Assembly (NCBI GenBank): GCA_964016885.1
Contig: OZ024763.1
Span: 30,566,001 to 30,630,000 of the forward strand
Origin: Eledone cirrhosa
Lineage: Eukaryota
Length of the DNA: 64,000 bases
Direction of reading: 5' to 3'
Shown: positions 26,050 to 40,466 of the stretch, piece after piece
Layout of the letters: the number at the start of each line of letters is the position of its first letter
Position numbering within the stretch: the stretch's first letter is position 1
The notes under the pieces: generated by a model
The model's input: the letters and a program-made list of their open reading frames with translations, nothing else
Databases searched by the model: none
What the model was told of the DNA's origin: nothing
Made by a program: the position numbers and the translations under genes

Positions 26050-26620
26050 TCTTAAAAAACAAACAAACAGACACACAAAGATCACCGCCACACACCTCCA
26101 TCATCATCATCAGCAACAGCAATAATAATAACAGTATCTCTTAAAAACAAACACAGACAGACCCAGACACACTAACATCACCGCCACACCACCACCATCA
26201 TCATCAATAACATTAACACTACCTTAAAAATAAACACAGACACACACACACACACCACCATCAATAACATTAACACTATCTCTTAAAAAAAAAAAACAGA
26301 TACACAAACATCACCGCCTCATACCACCACACCACCACCATCATCATCATCAATAACAATAATACTATCTTAAAAACAGACAGACACACAAACATCACCG
26401 CCACACACCACCACACCATCATCAATAACAATAACTCTACCTTATAAAACAGGCACAGACCCAGACACACAAACATCACCGCACCTCAATCATCACCATC
26501 ATCATCAACAACTAATAATAACATTACCTTAAAAATAAACAGACACACACACAAACATCACCGCCTCATACCACTACACCATCATCATCAACAACACCTT
26601 TAAAAAACAAACCAGAGATA
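26050..26620. repeat. Degenerate tandem repeat rich in CA/CAT/AAC
   Basis: TTAAAAA.AAAC...ACATCACCGC...CATCATCAATAACA recurs about 6 times. Confidence 0.7.
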
Positions 26621-26870
26621 AGCAACAACAGTAGTATTACAACAACAACAACAACTACTGCTATTAATTTATTTATATAATTTGTTAAACGATTTCAAAT
26701 TTTCTGTTGTTTGGAAATCTTATATATATATATAATACATTATATATACATACTTGATATATATATATATATATATAGTGTATATATATATATATATATA
26801 TATATTTAAATACTCTGTTTATTTGGTCGGAAAGAGAAGGGTAAGTCTTGTTATTCCTTACTTTTATTGA

Positions 26871-26928
<58 letters not shown>

Positions 26929-26967
26929 ATGTACATGAAATATATGAATCAAGTTATATGTATTTGT

Positions 26968-27002
<35 letters not shown>

Positions 27003-27006
<4 letters not shown>

Positions 27007-27103
27007 AGGTACCCCCCCACAATGTATACACACTTCAGTATTCTATTAAATATTGCCTGTACAGGTAATTAAAGTCTGTATACATTTTTGAGGAACACCC
27101 TGT
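27003..27103. mobile_element. Tc1/mariner-type MITE (TA-CAGGGTGTCC...ATGTATACAC TIRs); copies at 28629-28730 and 60252-60539 (SINE nested)
   Basis: ~26-bp TIRs, TA flanks, shared interior TATTGCCTGTACAGGTAAT.AAAGT. Confidence 0.75.
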
Positions 27104-27176
27104 ATATCTATATCTATCTATATATATATATATATACATACATGAAATATGTATTAATCAAGTTATATCTAATTGT

Positions 27177-27223
<47 letters not shown>

Positions 27224-27384
27224 ATATATATATATATACACATATGTACATGTATGTATAATACAAATATGCACTCGCTGTTTGTATGGTAATATATATA
27301 TATATATATATTATGGTCATAATGTCGAGTGCAAATGTCCTTAGAAATCATTCATAAACACACCTCACACCATCACACATCATA

Positions 27385-27426
<42 letters not shown>

Positions 27427-27540
27427 CAAACACATCGATCTGTCTTAACAATCAATTAATCTACGCTATTTTATCAATGTATGTATATTTATTTATATAT
27501 TCTTATATATGTGTCTGTCTTTTATGCTATATATAATCAG

Positions 27541-27575
<35 letters not shown>

Positions 27576-27618
27576 TATTTTCAGGGCTGTGAAATAAAAT
27601 CATAGATATTGGCTATCA

Positions 27619-27668
<50 letters not shown>

Positions 27669-27981
27669 TGTGTAGGATGTATATAATTTGCTGTACACAT
27701 TTATTGTTTGAATATAGATGTGATCTACACACACACATACATATATATAATTGTTTCTACTTTTAGCACAAATATATAATATATATGTGTCATATATAAA
27801 ATGTGTATTTATATAGAGGGTGTATGTAGGTGTATATACATATATATATATATAGGAAGTATTTAATATCTGTAGGGTGTATATATATATATATATATAG
27901 AGAGAGAGAAAATAGAAAGTATATGATATCTGTAAGGTGTATGTATATATATATATATAGGAAGTATATGATATCTGTAGG

Positions 27982-28015
<34 letters not shown>

Positions 28016-28246
28016 AATATAGGGTGTATATATTTATGTGTGGGTATATATAGTCAATATAAGGTGTATATATGAGAGATAGACAGTATATATATATAGG
28101 GTATATAAGTTGGCTAGACAAACAGGTTAAGCTTCAGTTTAAATATAGAGCGATTATTACTATGAAATGTGGTATATATTTTTAATTTAATAACATCTAC
28201 ACAACCTTAAGTGGTATTATATATGTATATATAATTACAGAGGTAT

Positions 28247-28277
<31 letters not shown>

Positions 28278-28581
28278 CGTGTGTACATATATATATATAT
28301 GTATGTGTGTGTATATATATACACAATACATATATATATATGTGTGTATATAATATATATATAAAGTGTGTGTATATATATATGTCTATATATATATATA
28401 TATCCCGTATGTTCGATATTTTCGCCCCTGGTTCACGTTTACAATCATTGCTATTTTAATGGGGGATCACTCTGCCGTGATATCAACATGTAGACAGGAC
28501 CCCGATTTAATGCCCGGCTCAACCAGTCTTATTCCTCTCAATATATTACATTCGTCTTCCTTGCCCCCCCCCCCCCTCTGT

Positions 28582-28616
<35 letters not shown>

Positions 28617-28749
28617 ATATAATATATATACAGGGTGTCCCCCCAAAATGTATACACTTCAACAGCATTCTAATAAGTATTGCCTGTAGAGGTGATCAAA
28701 GTGTGTATACATCTTTTTGGAACACCCTGCGTTTATGTGTGTGTGTATG

Positions 28750-28784
<35 letters not shown>

Positions 28785-28879
28785 ATACATACATTGAAAA
28801 CCAGTCTACAATTCATATAGGTGCAGGCGTATATTTATATACACACATATATATGTTTGTGTGCGTATGTATGAATGTG

Positions 28880-28910
<31 letters not shown>

Positions 28911-29199
28911 GAAACACATGTGCCTATTCAATGACATACATGATTATGATATATATTCGAGCACGGAATAAATATGTATATGTTAGATTGACTGGAGGTG
29001 TGTATGTATACACCCACCCACACACACACACATACACACACACATATATATATATATATATGAGAGAGACACACACATATATACATTGTGTCAGAAATTG
29101 AATATTGCTATACCACAATAGAAAATGGTTGTAGACTAGCTTTCTTTAAGCTATTTATAAATATCCATATATGCCTATATATATATATATCCATATATG

Positions 29200-29246
<47 letters not shown>

Positions 29247-29494
29247 TGTAAAGAGGTTGTGTAGGTGTCTGGACAAAAAACACCCAGCCCACACTGTAAA
29301 TGTGGTTGGTGTTAGGAAGGGCATCCTGCTGAAATTTCGCTAGTGACAGTTCTGATGAGCATGATAGGGTCACTTGACGCAACTTGCCTCATGAGACAAC
29401 CTGTCTCACCCACGCTAACAGTTCAATCGGTAGTAACCACAGTAAGTAAGGAACTCAATACATAGCAGAGTATATATATTTAATATAGAAATGG

Positions 29495-29542
29495 CTTCTA
29501 CAGGACTAGAACTGTTTCATTTGGAAGGAAATCGTCAGGAAA
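29495..29542 (-). ncRNA. Type I minimal hammerhead ribozyme-like motif (Penelope pLTR type)
   Basis: UUUC-CUGACGA-UUUCCUUCCAAAU-GAAA-CAG-UUCUAGUC-CUG-UA/GAAG: core boxes, stem III, GUA triplet and stem I are all present; stem II is weak. Confidence 0.55.
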
Positions 29543-29860
29543 ACTTTCCTGATGATGGGCAACAGTTGGTCTTCTACAAACAACCTTGCCCGGACTTGTG
29601 CCTCAGGGGGGAAATAGAATGTGCAATCTGGATTAGAATAGCTACACCATATCTCTGACTAGAAACACCTAAAAATGTTGTTGTCAGGAAGGGCATCCTT
29701 CTGTAAAATATTGTCTCAAAATATCACGTCGAAGGCATGCAAATGCTTGGAAAATTGTGATGATGTTGATAATGAAGATATATATATATATATAATAGTA
29801 GAACACTGGTGGGTATATCCATACTAGTAGAGCACTCAGTCCAAGGGATGAGTTTGGTAG

Positions 29861-29993
29861 AAGTAGTTCCACAGCAGTTAGTTCACCATTATGATCCATT
29901 TGGATCATCTGCTCGGTTTAAACTGAGCAGATGATCCGATAAGGTGAAACAATTGTTCTCGGTAATGGTGAACTAACTGTTGTGGAACTACTT
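29861..29993. repeat. Foldback element: 31-bp TIRs enclosing a 36-bp palindrome (29902-29937)
   Basis: AAGTAGTTCCACAGCAGTTAGTTCACCATTA / TAATGGTGAACTAACTGTTGTGGAACTACTT; GGATCATCTGCTCGGTTT|AAACTGAGCAGATGATCC. Confidence 0.85.
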
Positions 29994-30269
29994 ATATATA
30001 TATATATATCTATCTAGCGGGGGTAAAATTCCCGAGATCCATAGACGAGTTCTCTCCAGCGGTCTTTGTCCCTCATCATCGCTGTCATGTCTCGCGTCTC
30101 CAAGAGACCAGTGTCCGTCTTTAGGCATCAACATATGTTAACCTCGGTCTTCCTCTTCTAGTGTGTCCATGCAGGGGCTCCCACAGGAGCACTGAGTGCC
30201 GTCTCAACTCTGGATGTCGGTGAGCATGTCCAACTAACCTCAGTCTTCTCTGTGTCACTTTTGAGCTGA

Positions 30270-30316
<47 letters not shown>

Positions 30317-31001
30317 AAGGAGAGAGAGAGATATGTAAAGTCCTGACCGCAAGGCCAACCAGTTTCGGCTTGTGTGTTCAGCATTCCTTTTCAAGGGCGT
30401 AGACGAAACCGCTTGGCGCTGCGGTTGGGATTTTACACATCCCTATACCCACTCTACATCTCCCCATGTATCGAGTACTCACATGATTAGTGGTCTCCTC
30501 GGTCTCAGCACCGCAGACTCTATTATATATATATTTTTGTTGTTTGGTTGAAAGCATCCAGGTTTGACTTCCATGTAGCAAGATTGGTTAAATTGTTACT
30601 TGGAAGAGTCTGATTTTGGTGTGGTTCGAAATATTTGAGCGCCAAACTCGTTCCATCTTGTTGCAAGCTGATTATGCTTGGGCCTTTCAGAACATAAGCT
30701 GGCGACATCTGACTTTGAAAGAAATATATATGCCGACCTCTCACTCATATCTGGTTGTTGTACATAAAAGGAGAGTAAGATTTGCTGGCCACTGCCATCG
30801 TGCCACCTATGAGGCTGTGTCTCCATTTAGTGCTTTGGAAACCACAAGTAGTCACTAACAAAGGGAGCGCAAGCTCTCCTATCTCGATGTCATCTCCAGA
30901 GATTCTGGGAGTGAAATCCAGGATTTGACAGCAGCAATGAACGACGGACCCACGTGGAGATCAATTGTTGAGTTGATTTTGGCAAGGCCACTGGATGATG
31001 A

Positions 31002-31059
<58 letters not shown>

Positions 31060-31381
31060 TGTGAAGGCGTATGGCTTAGTGGTTAGAGCATTGTAATTGG
31101 TAGGTTGTGAGTTTGATTCTTGGACTGGGTGATGTGTTGTGACCTTGACCAAGGCACTTCATTGCAGGTTGCTCCAGTTTACACAGTTGAAGAAATGAGT
31201 TACGACGTCACTGGTGCCAAGCTGTATCGGCCATTGCCTTTCCCTTGGACAACATTGGCGGAGAGGGGACACTGGTATATATAGGAAACTGCTGGTCTTC
31301 CACAAACAACCTTGCCTCAGAGGGGAACTTTCTAGGTGCAAATCCCATGGTTATTCATGACTGAAGTGGGTCTTTACCCTT

Positions 31382-31422
<41 letters not shown>

Positions 31423-32409
31423 CATCATCATCATCATCATCATCATCATTTTACGTCCACTTTTCCCTGCTTGCAAGGGTGGGACGGGTCTTATTCAGCA
31501 CAGCATCTCTCCACTCGTCACGGTCCCTCGTCATCTCCACCGTGAGCTTCAATGATCTGAATTCTGTTCTCACCACCTCCGCTCATGTTTTTCGTGGTCT
31601 ACCTCTACCACATCTTCCTTCAACTGGCAATTCCTGGCACTTATATATATATATAATCCTATTTTGTCTGCTTATCATGTTGGCATGTGTTGGACAGGTT
31701 GACATGGTCACTAAACGGTATGTGGAGCCCTTATCTTGCTCCTATGTTCCATATTTCACACAGTTTCTGTGGCTAGATTCCCTTCTTATCATGAAGTCAC
31801 CATTTCCACATTACAGAGTAAAATTTATCACGGCACCAACACCAGAGAGAGAGATTATCATTTGCTCAGCCAGACTGATGTGTCCTATCTACCCTGTATT
31901 GTCTCTGATTGCCAACCACTTTACAGAGTCTACTGGGTGTCATATGCTCAGCCAGGCTAAAGAGTTGTCTCTGATTGCCAACCACTTTACAGAGTCTACT
32001 GGGTGTCATATGCTCTGTCAGACTATAGAATCATCTCTACCCTATATTATCTCTGATTGAGAACCAATTGACAGAGTGTACTGGGTGCATTTTATCATTG
32101 TATCAACACTAATGATGTTGTTAGTTACTTGATAGAGCTAGGGGGTTCCTCTCTACACTGTGTCACAGTCTTTAGGGAGAATGATGAGGGGCAGTGCATT
32201 TCTTTGTGAGATCGGTGGTTGTCGTGTCCACTACAGGCTAAAGGGATCTCCCCACATTATCTCCGATCTTTTGCTGTGTTAACTGGGAACATATGTATGC
32301 TAGGTGTAGGCCCCTGTCCTAGTGTGAGACAAGTCAGGTCAAGTGACCATATCTTACTCATACAGAACTGTTTCTGTGTTGGTTGCTATGTCTGGATATC
32401 CTTCTTGAC

Positions 32410-32830
32410 ACCAACCACATTTACAGTGTGGACTGGGTGCATTTTGTCATGTCACCAACATGACCACATATACAGTGTGGACTGGGTGCATTTTGTCGTG
32501 GCACCAATATGACCACATTTACAGTGTGGACTGGGTGCATTTTGTCGTGGCACCAATATGACCACTTTACAGTGTGGACTGGGTGCATTTTGTCATGTCA
32601 CCAACATGACCACATATACAGTGTGGACTGGGTGCATTTTGTCGTGGCACCAATATGACCACTTTACAGTGTGGACTGGGTGCATTTTGTCATGTCACCA
32701 ACATGACCACATTTACAGTGTGGACTGGGTGCATTTTGTCGTGGCACCAATATGACCACTTTACAGTGTGGACTGGGTGCATTTTGTCATGTCACCAACA
32801 TGACCACATTTACAGTGTGGACTGGGCGTT
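32410..32830 (-). repeat. ~39-40 bp minisatellite derived from the SINE/RTE tail; the same unit is expanded at 57165-57670(+)
   Basis: TTTACAGTGTGGACTGGGTGCATTTTGTC periodic; reverse complement AAAAGCACCCAGTCCACACTGTAAAG at 57 kb. Confidence 0.9.
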
Positions 32831-33404
32831 TTTTTGTCTCGGTCACTTAATGCCATGTAAACTGGGGCAAACCTTGTGATGGACTGGTGTCCTGTCCAGG
32901 CGGGAGTCTTGTCCCAGTCACTTAATGCCATGGAAACTGGAGCAAGTCCCAGCTTGAGCTTCTGGGCTCGAGATAGACTTTAGACTTTCTAAATGAACCT
33001 CGTGTCTAGTCTAGTCTTCTAACTACTCAGTATTGTTCCTTGGTTTTCTCCTTCATGCTTTCCAAACTTTCCAAGCCTGTCTTTTAGCTTTTACGGCTCC
33101 ATCTATCTACAGTACTGTTCCACCATCCTGTCACCTACTGTCTCTCCGATCTATGGTAAGTTTTCTACAGCTAGGTGCCCTTCCTATCACCAACCACTTT
33201 ACAGAGTGTACTTGGTGTGTTTATTGTATAGGTCACCAACACTCAGGAAGTTGTCATGTCTGTGGGACATTTGAAGAATCTCCCAACTTTGTTTGGCAAG
33301 TTTTATATGGCAGCTGCAGTGGGGAGGGCCCTACCAACAACAGACAGCCGTAGCAATTTATTTGTACCCTCAGCTGAGCTTTTTAGTTTTAGGATGGTCA
33401 GAAT

Positions 33405-34445
33405 TTTTGAATTTAAACCGGCCATATCCGGCCAGAATTCTCTTAACTCTTTCTGTTCAAACCAGCTGTAACCGGCTGCTAATACTGATGTTAAGGTATT
33501 GTTCTCAAAATATTATCAAAATCTCATAGATTCGATATTTTGTGAGACATTATGTGAGGTAAAACCTTTACTGTGAAAATACAATAGTATATATAGAGTA
33601 ATGTAAATGTTATGGGAGATATTATGTGAGGTAAAGAGTTTACTATGAAAATACAATAGTATATATAGAGTAATGTAAATGGTATGTGAGATATTATGTG
33701 AGGTAAAGCCTTTACTGTGAAAATATAATAGTATATATAGAGTAATGTAAATGGTATGTGAGATATTATGTGAGGTAAAGAGTTTACTGTGAAAATACAA
33801 TAGTATATATAGAGTAATGTAAATGATATGAGATATTATGTAAGGTAAAGCCTTTACTGTGAAAATACAATAGTATATATAGAGTAATGTAAATGTTATG
33901 TGAGGTAAAGCCTTTACTGTGAAAATGTAATAGTATATATAGAGTAATGTAAATGTTATGCGAGATATTATGTGAGGTAAAGCCTTTACTGTGAAAATAC
34001 AATAGTATATATAGAGTAATGTAAATGTTATGTGAGATATTATGTAAGGTAAAGCCTTTACTGTGAAAATACAATAGTATATATAGAGTAATGTAAATGT
34101 TATGAGATATTATGTAAGGTAAAGCCTTTACTGTGAAAATACAATAGTATATATAGAGTAATGTAAATGGTATGTGAGATATTATGTGAGGTAAAGAGTT
34201 TACTGTGAAAATACAATAGTATATATAGAGTAATGTAAATGTTATGTGAGGTAAAGCCTTTACTGTGAAAATACAATAGTATATATAGAGTAATGTAAAT
34301 GTTATGTGAGATATTATGTGAGGTAAAGAGTTTACTGTGAAAATACAATAGTATATATAGAGTAATGTAAATGTTATGTGAGGTAAAGCCTTTACTGTGA
34401 AAATACAATAGTATATATAGAGTAATGTAAATGGTAAAGGATTAA
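33405..34445 (+). mobile_element. piggyBac-type MITE with an internal 60/72-bp unit amplified 13 times
   Basis: AAAATACAATAGTATATATAGAGTAATGTAAATG counted 13 times from 33576 to 34400; MITE sequence on both sides. Confidence 0.85.
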
Positions 34446-35749
34446 TATTAGTATGTATAACATTTCACTTCCAATTGCTTGCACTAAGGTAACTTTGATA
34501 TGTAAAATTGGTGGTGGTGGTGGTGGTGGTGGTGGTGGTGGTGGTGGTGGTGGTGGTGGTGGTGGGGTGCTGTGTATTCTAATTTTTTGGGTATGAGGTC
34601 TAAATCCTGACTTGATCCAGAATCAAGTGGTTGGTAACCATATGACTGAAGCTACTATCATTGTTAGTATGTATTAGTAACCATGTTGACTTATCTGATT
34701 GTTTTGTAACACATAGTTTAACTTTCTACCAAATACTTCCTCATAGTGTTGGTTTGTGTGGTGTCATGGCAAGTGATGTATAGTACTAGTGTACACACCC
34801 ATATATATACACACACACACACACACAGAGGAGACAGAGAAGATATGTATCTGCATGTATATATATATAGACACACATATATACACACATACAGACACAA
34901 GATATGTATGTGTGTGTGTGTATGTATGTATATTGTTTAGCCTTCTTACATATATCATTTTCCACATATACATATATATATATGCACACACAAACACATA
35001 CAAAGAGAGAGATTTATGTCGATGTAAATAGATAGATAGATTTCTATATTTTATATATATGTGTGTATGTGTGTGTATATATATATATATATATATCATC
35101 ATCATCATCATCATTTTAGTCTGCTTTTCCCTGCTTGCAAGGGTGGGACGGGTCCTCTTCAGCACAGCATTTCTCCATTCGTCACGGTCCTTCGTGATCT
35201 CTATGAGCTTCAGCAATCTGAGGTCAGCTCTCACCACCTCTGCCCATCATTTTCATGGTCTTCCTGGTGCTGATGATAGGAAGGGCATCCAACCAGTATA
35301 TTAATGCCAAAAATTATGAGCACAACAGATAATTATATATATATATATCATCATCATCATCACATGTCTATCTTCCACGCTAGCTTGAGTTAGACGGGAC
35401 TTGTCCCACTTGAGGCAAGATTGGTCGGGTGACCGTGTCTCACTCGTATAGGACTATCTGGCAGGTTTTCTACGGCTAGATGCCCTTACTAACACCAACC
35501 ACATTTACAGTTTGGACTGGGAGCTTTTTACCATGTTACCTACACGGCCACATTACAGCAGGGACTGTGTTTTTTTGTTTTTTTGTCGTGACACCGACAC
35601 GACCTCATTAGTTTGGACTAGATGTTGTGGTACCAACTTTGGAGAGAAAGGGTGGTGTTGGTGGGAGTGGGAGGATATAGTAGGGGTAGTAGGACGGGGG
35701 TGTATATTTGGTTAAGAGGAGCCTACTGACTGTAGGTTTTGCTTTGTAC

Positions 35750-37490
35750 ATAGGCAAGGCAGGTCTTCTGTATTACTGCATAGCGCCAAAGATCTTGGTA
35801 CAGTGACATTGTCTTAGAGAGGTGCAAGTGTGTAACGTCGGAATTTATCAAATCGCCCCAGGTTTTTCTGGGTCTACCTACTCCATAACTTCCATCAATT
35901 TTGATCGCCCTGCACTTTTTTATACAGCTGTCGTCTTTCATGCGCATCACGTGACCATACCAACGTAGTCTTCTCTCAAGTAAACAACATCTGATCCCTC
36001 TTATTCCTAATTTCTCACTTAGTTCATTTATGTTTTGCTGTTCGCGTATATTACTATTACACGTCCAACAGAGCATGCTTTGTTCCTTTCCAGTCTGCTC
36101 AGGTCCTCTGCGGACAATGCCCATGTCTCACTGCCATGTAACATTGCTGTTCATATACAAACATCATACAACCTGCCTTTCATTTTTAGAGAGAAACCTT
36201 TTGAGGCCAACAGCGGTATTAGCTCTCTGAACTTTTTTCATCCCATTCTGACTCTGGCTACTGTACTTTCAGAGCATCCTCCACCAGGTAACGGAAAGTG
36301 TCCACTATTTCTATAGAACCATCTGGGCAATAGAAGGAGCTAGTATCCTGTGGGCACTCGCTACTTATTGCCCCTGAGCATCGGCCACATATAAAATCTA
36401 CATTCTTAGATAGCTTACTTGTGATCTCACTACATCTTTTTTGTACCCATAGTTTGCATTGGGGACATAAAATGGAATTTCTGCCTACTCCTTTCCTACA
36501 CACTGAGCATGGCCATTTCCCTGAGGGTACCTGTGCCCTATTTTCCTTTCTACAGACTAGAACTTTAGTCTTAGACAAGTTAACTTTAAGGCCTTTTGAT
36601 TCTAGGCCATGCTTCCATGTTTGGAATTTCTTCTCTAGTTCAGCCATTGATTCAGCTATGAGCGTTAGATCATCTGCATATAGGAGTTCCCATGGGCAGC
36701 CGGTCTTGAACTCCTCTGTTATAGCCTACATACAGTAATCTAGGATGGATTGATGTGCATGTTGATATATATTTAAATACATACAATAGTCCAGGATGGA
36801 TTGAACTACATGTTAATATATATTTAAATACTAATAATATTCTTTATAACTCTTTCTGTGACCTTCATGACCTGGTCAACTAACTTAATGCCTCTACATT
36901 TTCCCCTATATAGAGCATCTCCTTTACCCTTGTAACAGTTAATGCTGCTGCTGCTACGCCAGTCATTTAGTATGACCCCATTCTGTATTACTTGGTTTAC
37001 TATCCGGGTGACCATAGTATGTCCCACCCACCATTCCAGATGCTTTCAACATCTCGGCAACTATCTCCGAAGGCCCAGTTGCCTTGCCTGTCTTCATATC
37101 TTTGATTGCTTTACTTATTATACTACCTTTAACTTGCACCGCTGGTCCCTCTATTGGATCAATTTGGGGCAGATTATCTTTTTCCCATTTAGTAGTCTCT
37201 TGTAGTGACACTTCCAAGCTACCTTCTTATCAGTATCAGTGAGGGCAAGTACACCATCATCATTACGGACACACTTCTCCCCGACAATATCACAGTTTTC
37301 CTTGACACATTGTCTTGCAATCCTGAACACCTCATGTTTTTGGTCCTCCTCGCATTGTAAAACATGCCTGAACTTTCTATCCTCTGCTTCCCTTCTTGCA
37401 AAGTACACTTGTCTCCTGGCTTCTCTCCTGGCCACTTGATAGTGTTCGTTCTCTACTTCCCCCATCCCGCCATACTTTCCAAGCCTACTT
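35750..37490 (-). mobile_element. Longest RTE LINE remnant (RT domain with internal deletion, frameshifts and stops)
   Basis: KAIKDMKTGKATGPSEIVAEMLK; YKGKGDAL.RG..RGIKL; PWELLYADDL (~36660-36695); GLKVNLSKTK; Cys-rich CSVC..C..C..WV.KRC insert; ERRLRWYGHVMRM. Confidence 0.92.
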
Positions 37491-37571
37491 GCCAAAGCAT
37501 AATGATAATAATAGCAATGACATGTCAGTTGTTTACAGTGTCAATGGTCTTGTTAGTTTGTATGTTGACAG

Positions 37572-37686
37572 GGTCATCGGATAACCAAGGTCAGCAAAAC
37601 CCCTACATTAACAGGACACTGGCTTGACTTCAATAGAATCATTAATCACAACTATGGTATTCAGGATTCAGCACTCTTTTCTCACA
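37572..37686 (+). CDS. Candidate internal coding exon (GHRITKVSKTPTLTGHWLDFNRIINHNYGIQDSALFSH+A), protein unrecognised
   Basis: Acceptor ttgtatgttgacag, one fully open frame (115 nt), weak donor gttaag; unique non-repeat sequence. Confidence 0.35.
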
Positions 37687-37692
37687 GTTAAG

Positions 37693-37732
<40 letters not shown>

Positions 37733-37971
37733 TAGTTATGTAAAAAGCTCTGTAGCCTACATAGAGCACTCTTTTTTCCTGTACCTTTCCGACGGAAATA
37801 CTTCATTTACACACACACACACTATATATATTGTGTGTGTGTGTGTGTAGGTGTGTATATTATCAATTTGCAAGAGTTTTCATCTATTTCCTGTTATCTA
37901 CTATCAAGCATGAGTGTGTGTGTGTGTATATGTCTATATATGTATATGTATGTCTCTCTCTCTCTCTCTCT

Positions 37972-38007
<36 letters not shown>

Positions 38008-38011
<4 letters not shown>

Positions 38012-39519
38012 AGAAATGTATATGTATATATATTATTAGAAATGTATATGTATATATATATATATTAGAAATGTATATATATATATATATTATTAGAAAT
38101 GTATATGTATATATATATATTAGAAATGTATATGTATATATATATATTATTAGAAATGTATATGTATATATATATATTATTAGAAATGTATATGTATATA
38201 TATATATTATTAGAAATGTATATGTATATATATATATTATTAGAAATGTATATATATATATTATTAGAAATGTATATGTATATATATATATTATTAGAAA
38301 TGTATATGTATATATATATATTATTAGAAATGTATATGTATATATATATATTATTAGAAATGTATATGTATATATATATATTATTAGAAATGTATATGTA
38401 TATATATATATTATTAGAAATGTATATGTATATATATATATTATTAGAAATGTATATGTATATATATATATTATTAGAAATGTATATGTATATATATATA
38501 TTATTAGAAATGTATATATATATATATATTATTAGAAATGTATATGTATATATATATATTATTAGAAATGTATATGTATATATATATATTATTAGAAATG
38601 TATATGTATATATATATATTATTAGAAATGTATATGTATATATATATATTATTAGAAATGTATATGTATATATATATATTATTAGAAATGTATATGTATA
38701 TATATATATTATTAGAAATGTATATGTATATATATATATTATTAGAAATGTATATGTATATATATATATATTATTAGAAATGTATATGTATATATATATA
38801 TTATTAGAAATGTATATATATATATATATTATTAGAAATGTATATGTATATATATATATTATTAGAAATGTATATGTATATATATATATTATTAGAAATG
38901 TATATGTATATATATATATTATTAGAAATGTATATGTATATATATATATTATTAGAAATGTATATGTATATATATATATTATTAGAAATGTATATGTATA
39001 TATATATATTATTAGAAATGTATATGTATATATATATATTATTAGAAATGTATATGTATATATATATATTATTAGAAATGTATATGTATATATATATATA
39101 TTATTAGAAATGTATATGTATATATATATATATTATTAGAAATGTATATGTATATATATATATTATTAGAAATGTATATGTATATATATATATATTATTA
39201 GAAATGTATATGTATATATATATATATTATTAGAAATGTATATGTATATATATATATATTATTAGAAATGTATATATATATATATATTATTAGAAATGTA
39301 TATGTATATATATATATTATTAGAAATGTATATGTATATATATATATTATTAGAAATGTATATGTATATATATATATTATTAGAAATGTATATGTATATA
39401 TATATATATTATTAGAAATGTATATGTATATATATTATTAGAAATGTATATATATATATTATTAGAAATGTATATGTATATATATTATTAGAAATGTATA
39501 TGTATATATATTATTAGAA

Positions 39520-39562
<43 letters not shown>

Positions 39563-39565
39563 GAA
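38008..39565. repeat. ~30-bp AT-rich minisatellite (TATTATTAGAAATGTATATG(TA)n), about 50 copies
   Basis: Direct periodicity. Confidence 0.95.
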
Positions 39566-39649
39566 ATGTATATATATATGTATATATATGTATATATATA
39601 TATGTATGTATATATATATGTATATATATATATATGTGTTCGTGCTCTA

Positions 39650-40245
39650 TCAGATTAGCATGGGAGGAGGGTGTTCCGAGGCCATAGTATCTAGAATAAG
39701 GACGGGTTGGAAGAAGTTTAGGGAGCTGCTTCCTCTGTTGACGAAGAAGGGTTTCTCCCTGCGTACGAAAGGCCGGTTGTATGATGCCTGTGTGAGGAGC
39801 GCGATGCTGCATGGTAGTGAGACATGGGCAGCAACCGCAGAGGATATGCGACAGCTGGAGAGAAATGAGGCAAGCATGCTCCGTTGGATGTGCAGTGTAA
39901 ATGTGCGTGAACGACCCAGCATAAATGTGTTGAGAGAGAAACTGTGTCTGAGAGGGATAGAATGTAGTGTACGGGAGAGGAGACTGAGGTGGTATGGACA
40001 TGTGATGCACATGGAGGATGACCGATGGGTGAAGAAGTGCTAGGAAATGCCAGTTGAAGGAAGACGTGGTAGAGGTAGACCACGAAAAACATGGGCGGAG
40101 GTGGTGAGAACAGACCTCAGATCATTGAAGCTCACGGTGGAGATGACGAGGGACCGTGACGAGTGGAGAGATGCTGTGCTCAATAAGACCCGTCCCACCC
40201 TTGCAAGCAGGGAAAAGCGGACGTAAAATGATGATGATGATGATG
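39650..40245 (+). mobile_element. Young 5'-truncated RTE LINE with 3' UTR and (ATG)n tail
   Basis: QISMGGGCSEAIVSRIRTGWKKFRELLPLLT...LHGSETW...RERRLRWYGHVMHMEDDRWVKKC, then GRGRPRKTW. Confidence 0.92.
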
Positions 40246-40285
40246 TGTATATATATATATGTGTATATATATGTGTATATATATG

Positions 40286-40350
<65 letters not shown>

Positions 40351-40421
40351 GTATATATATTTATATATATATATATATATGTATGTATATATATATATGT
40401 ATGTATATATATATATATATG

Positions 40422-40453
<32 letters not shown>

Positions 40454-40466
40454 TATATATATATTA

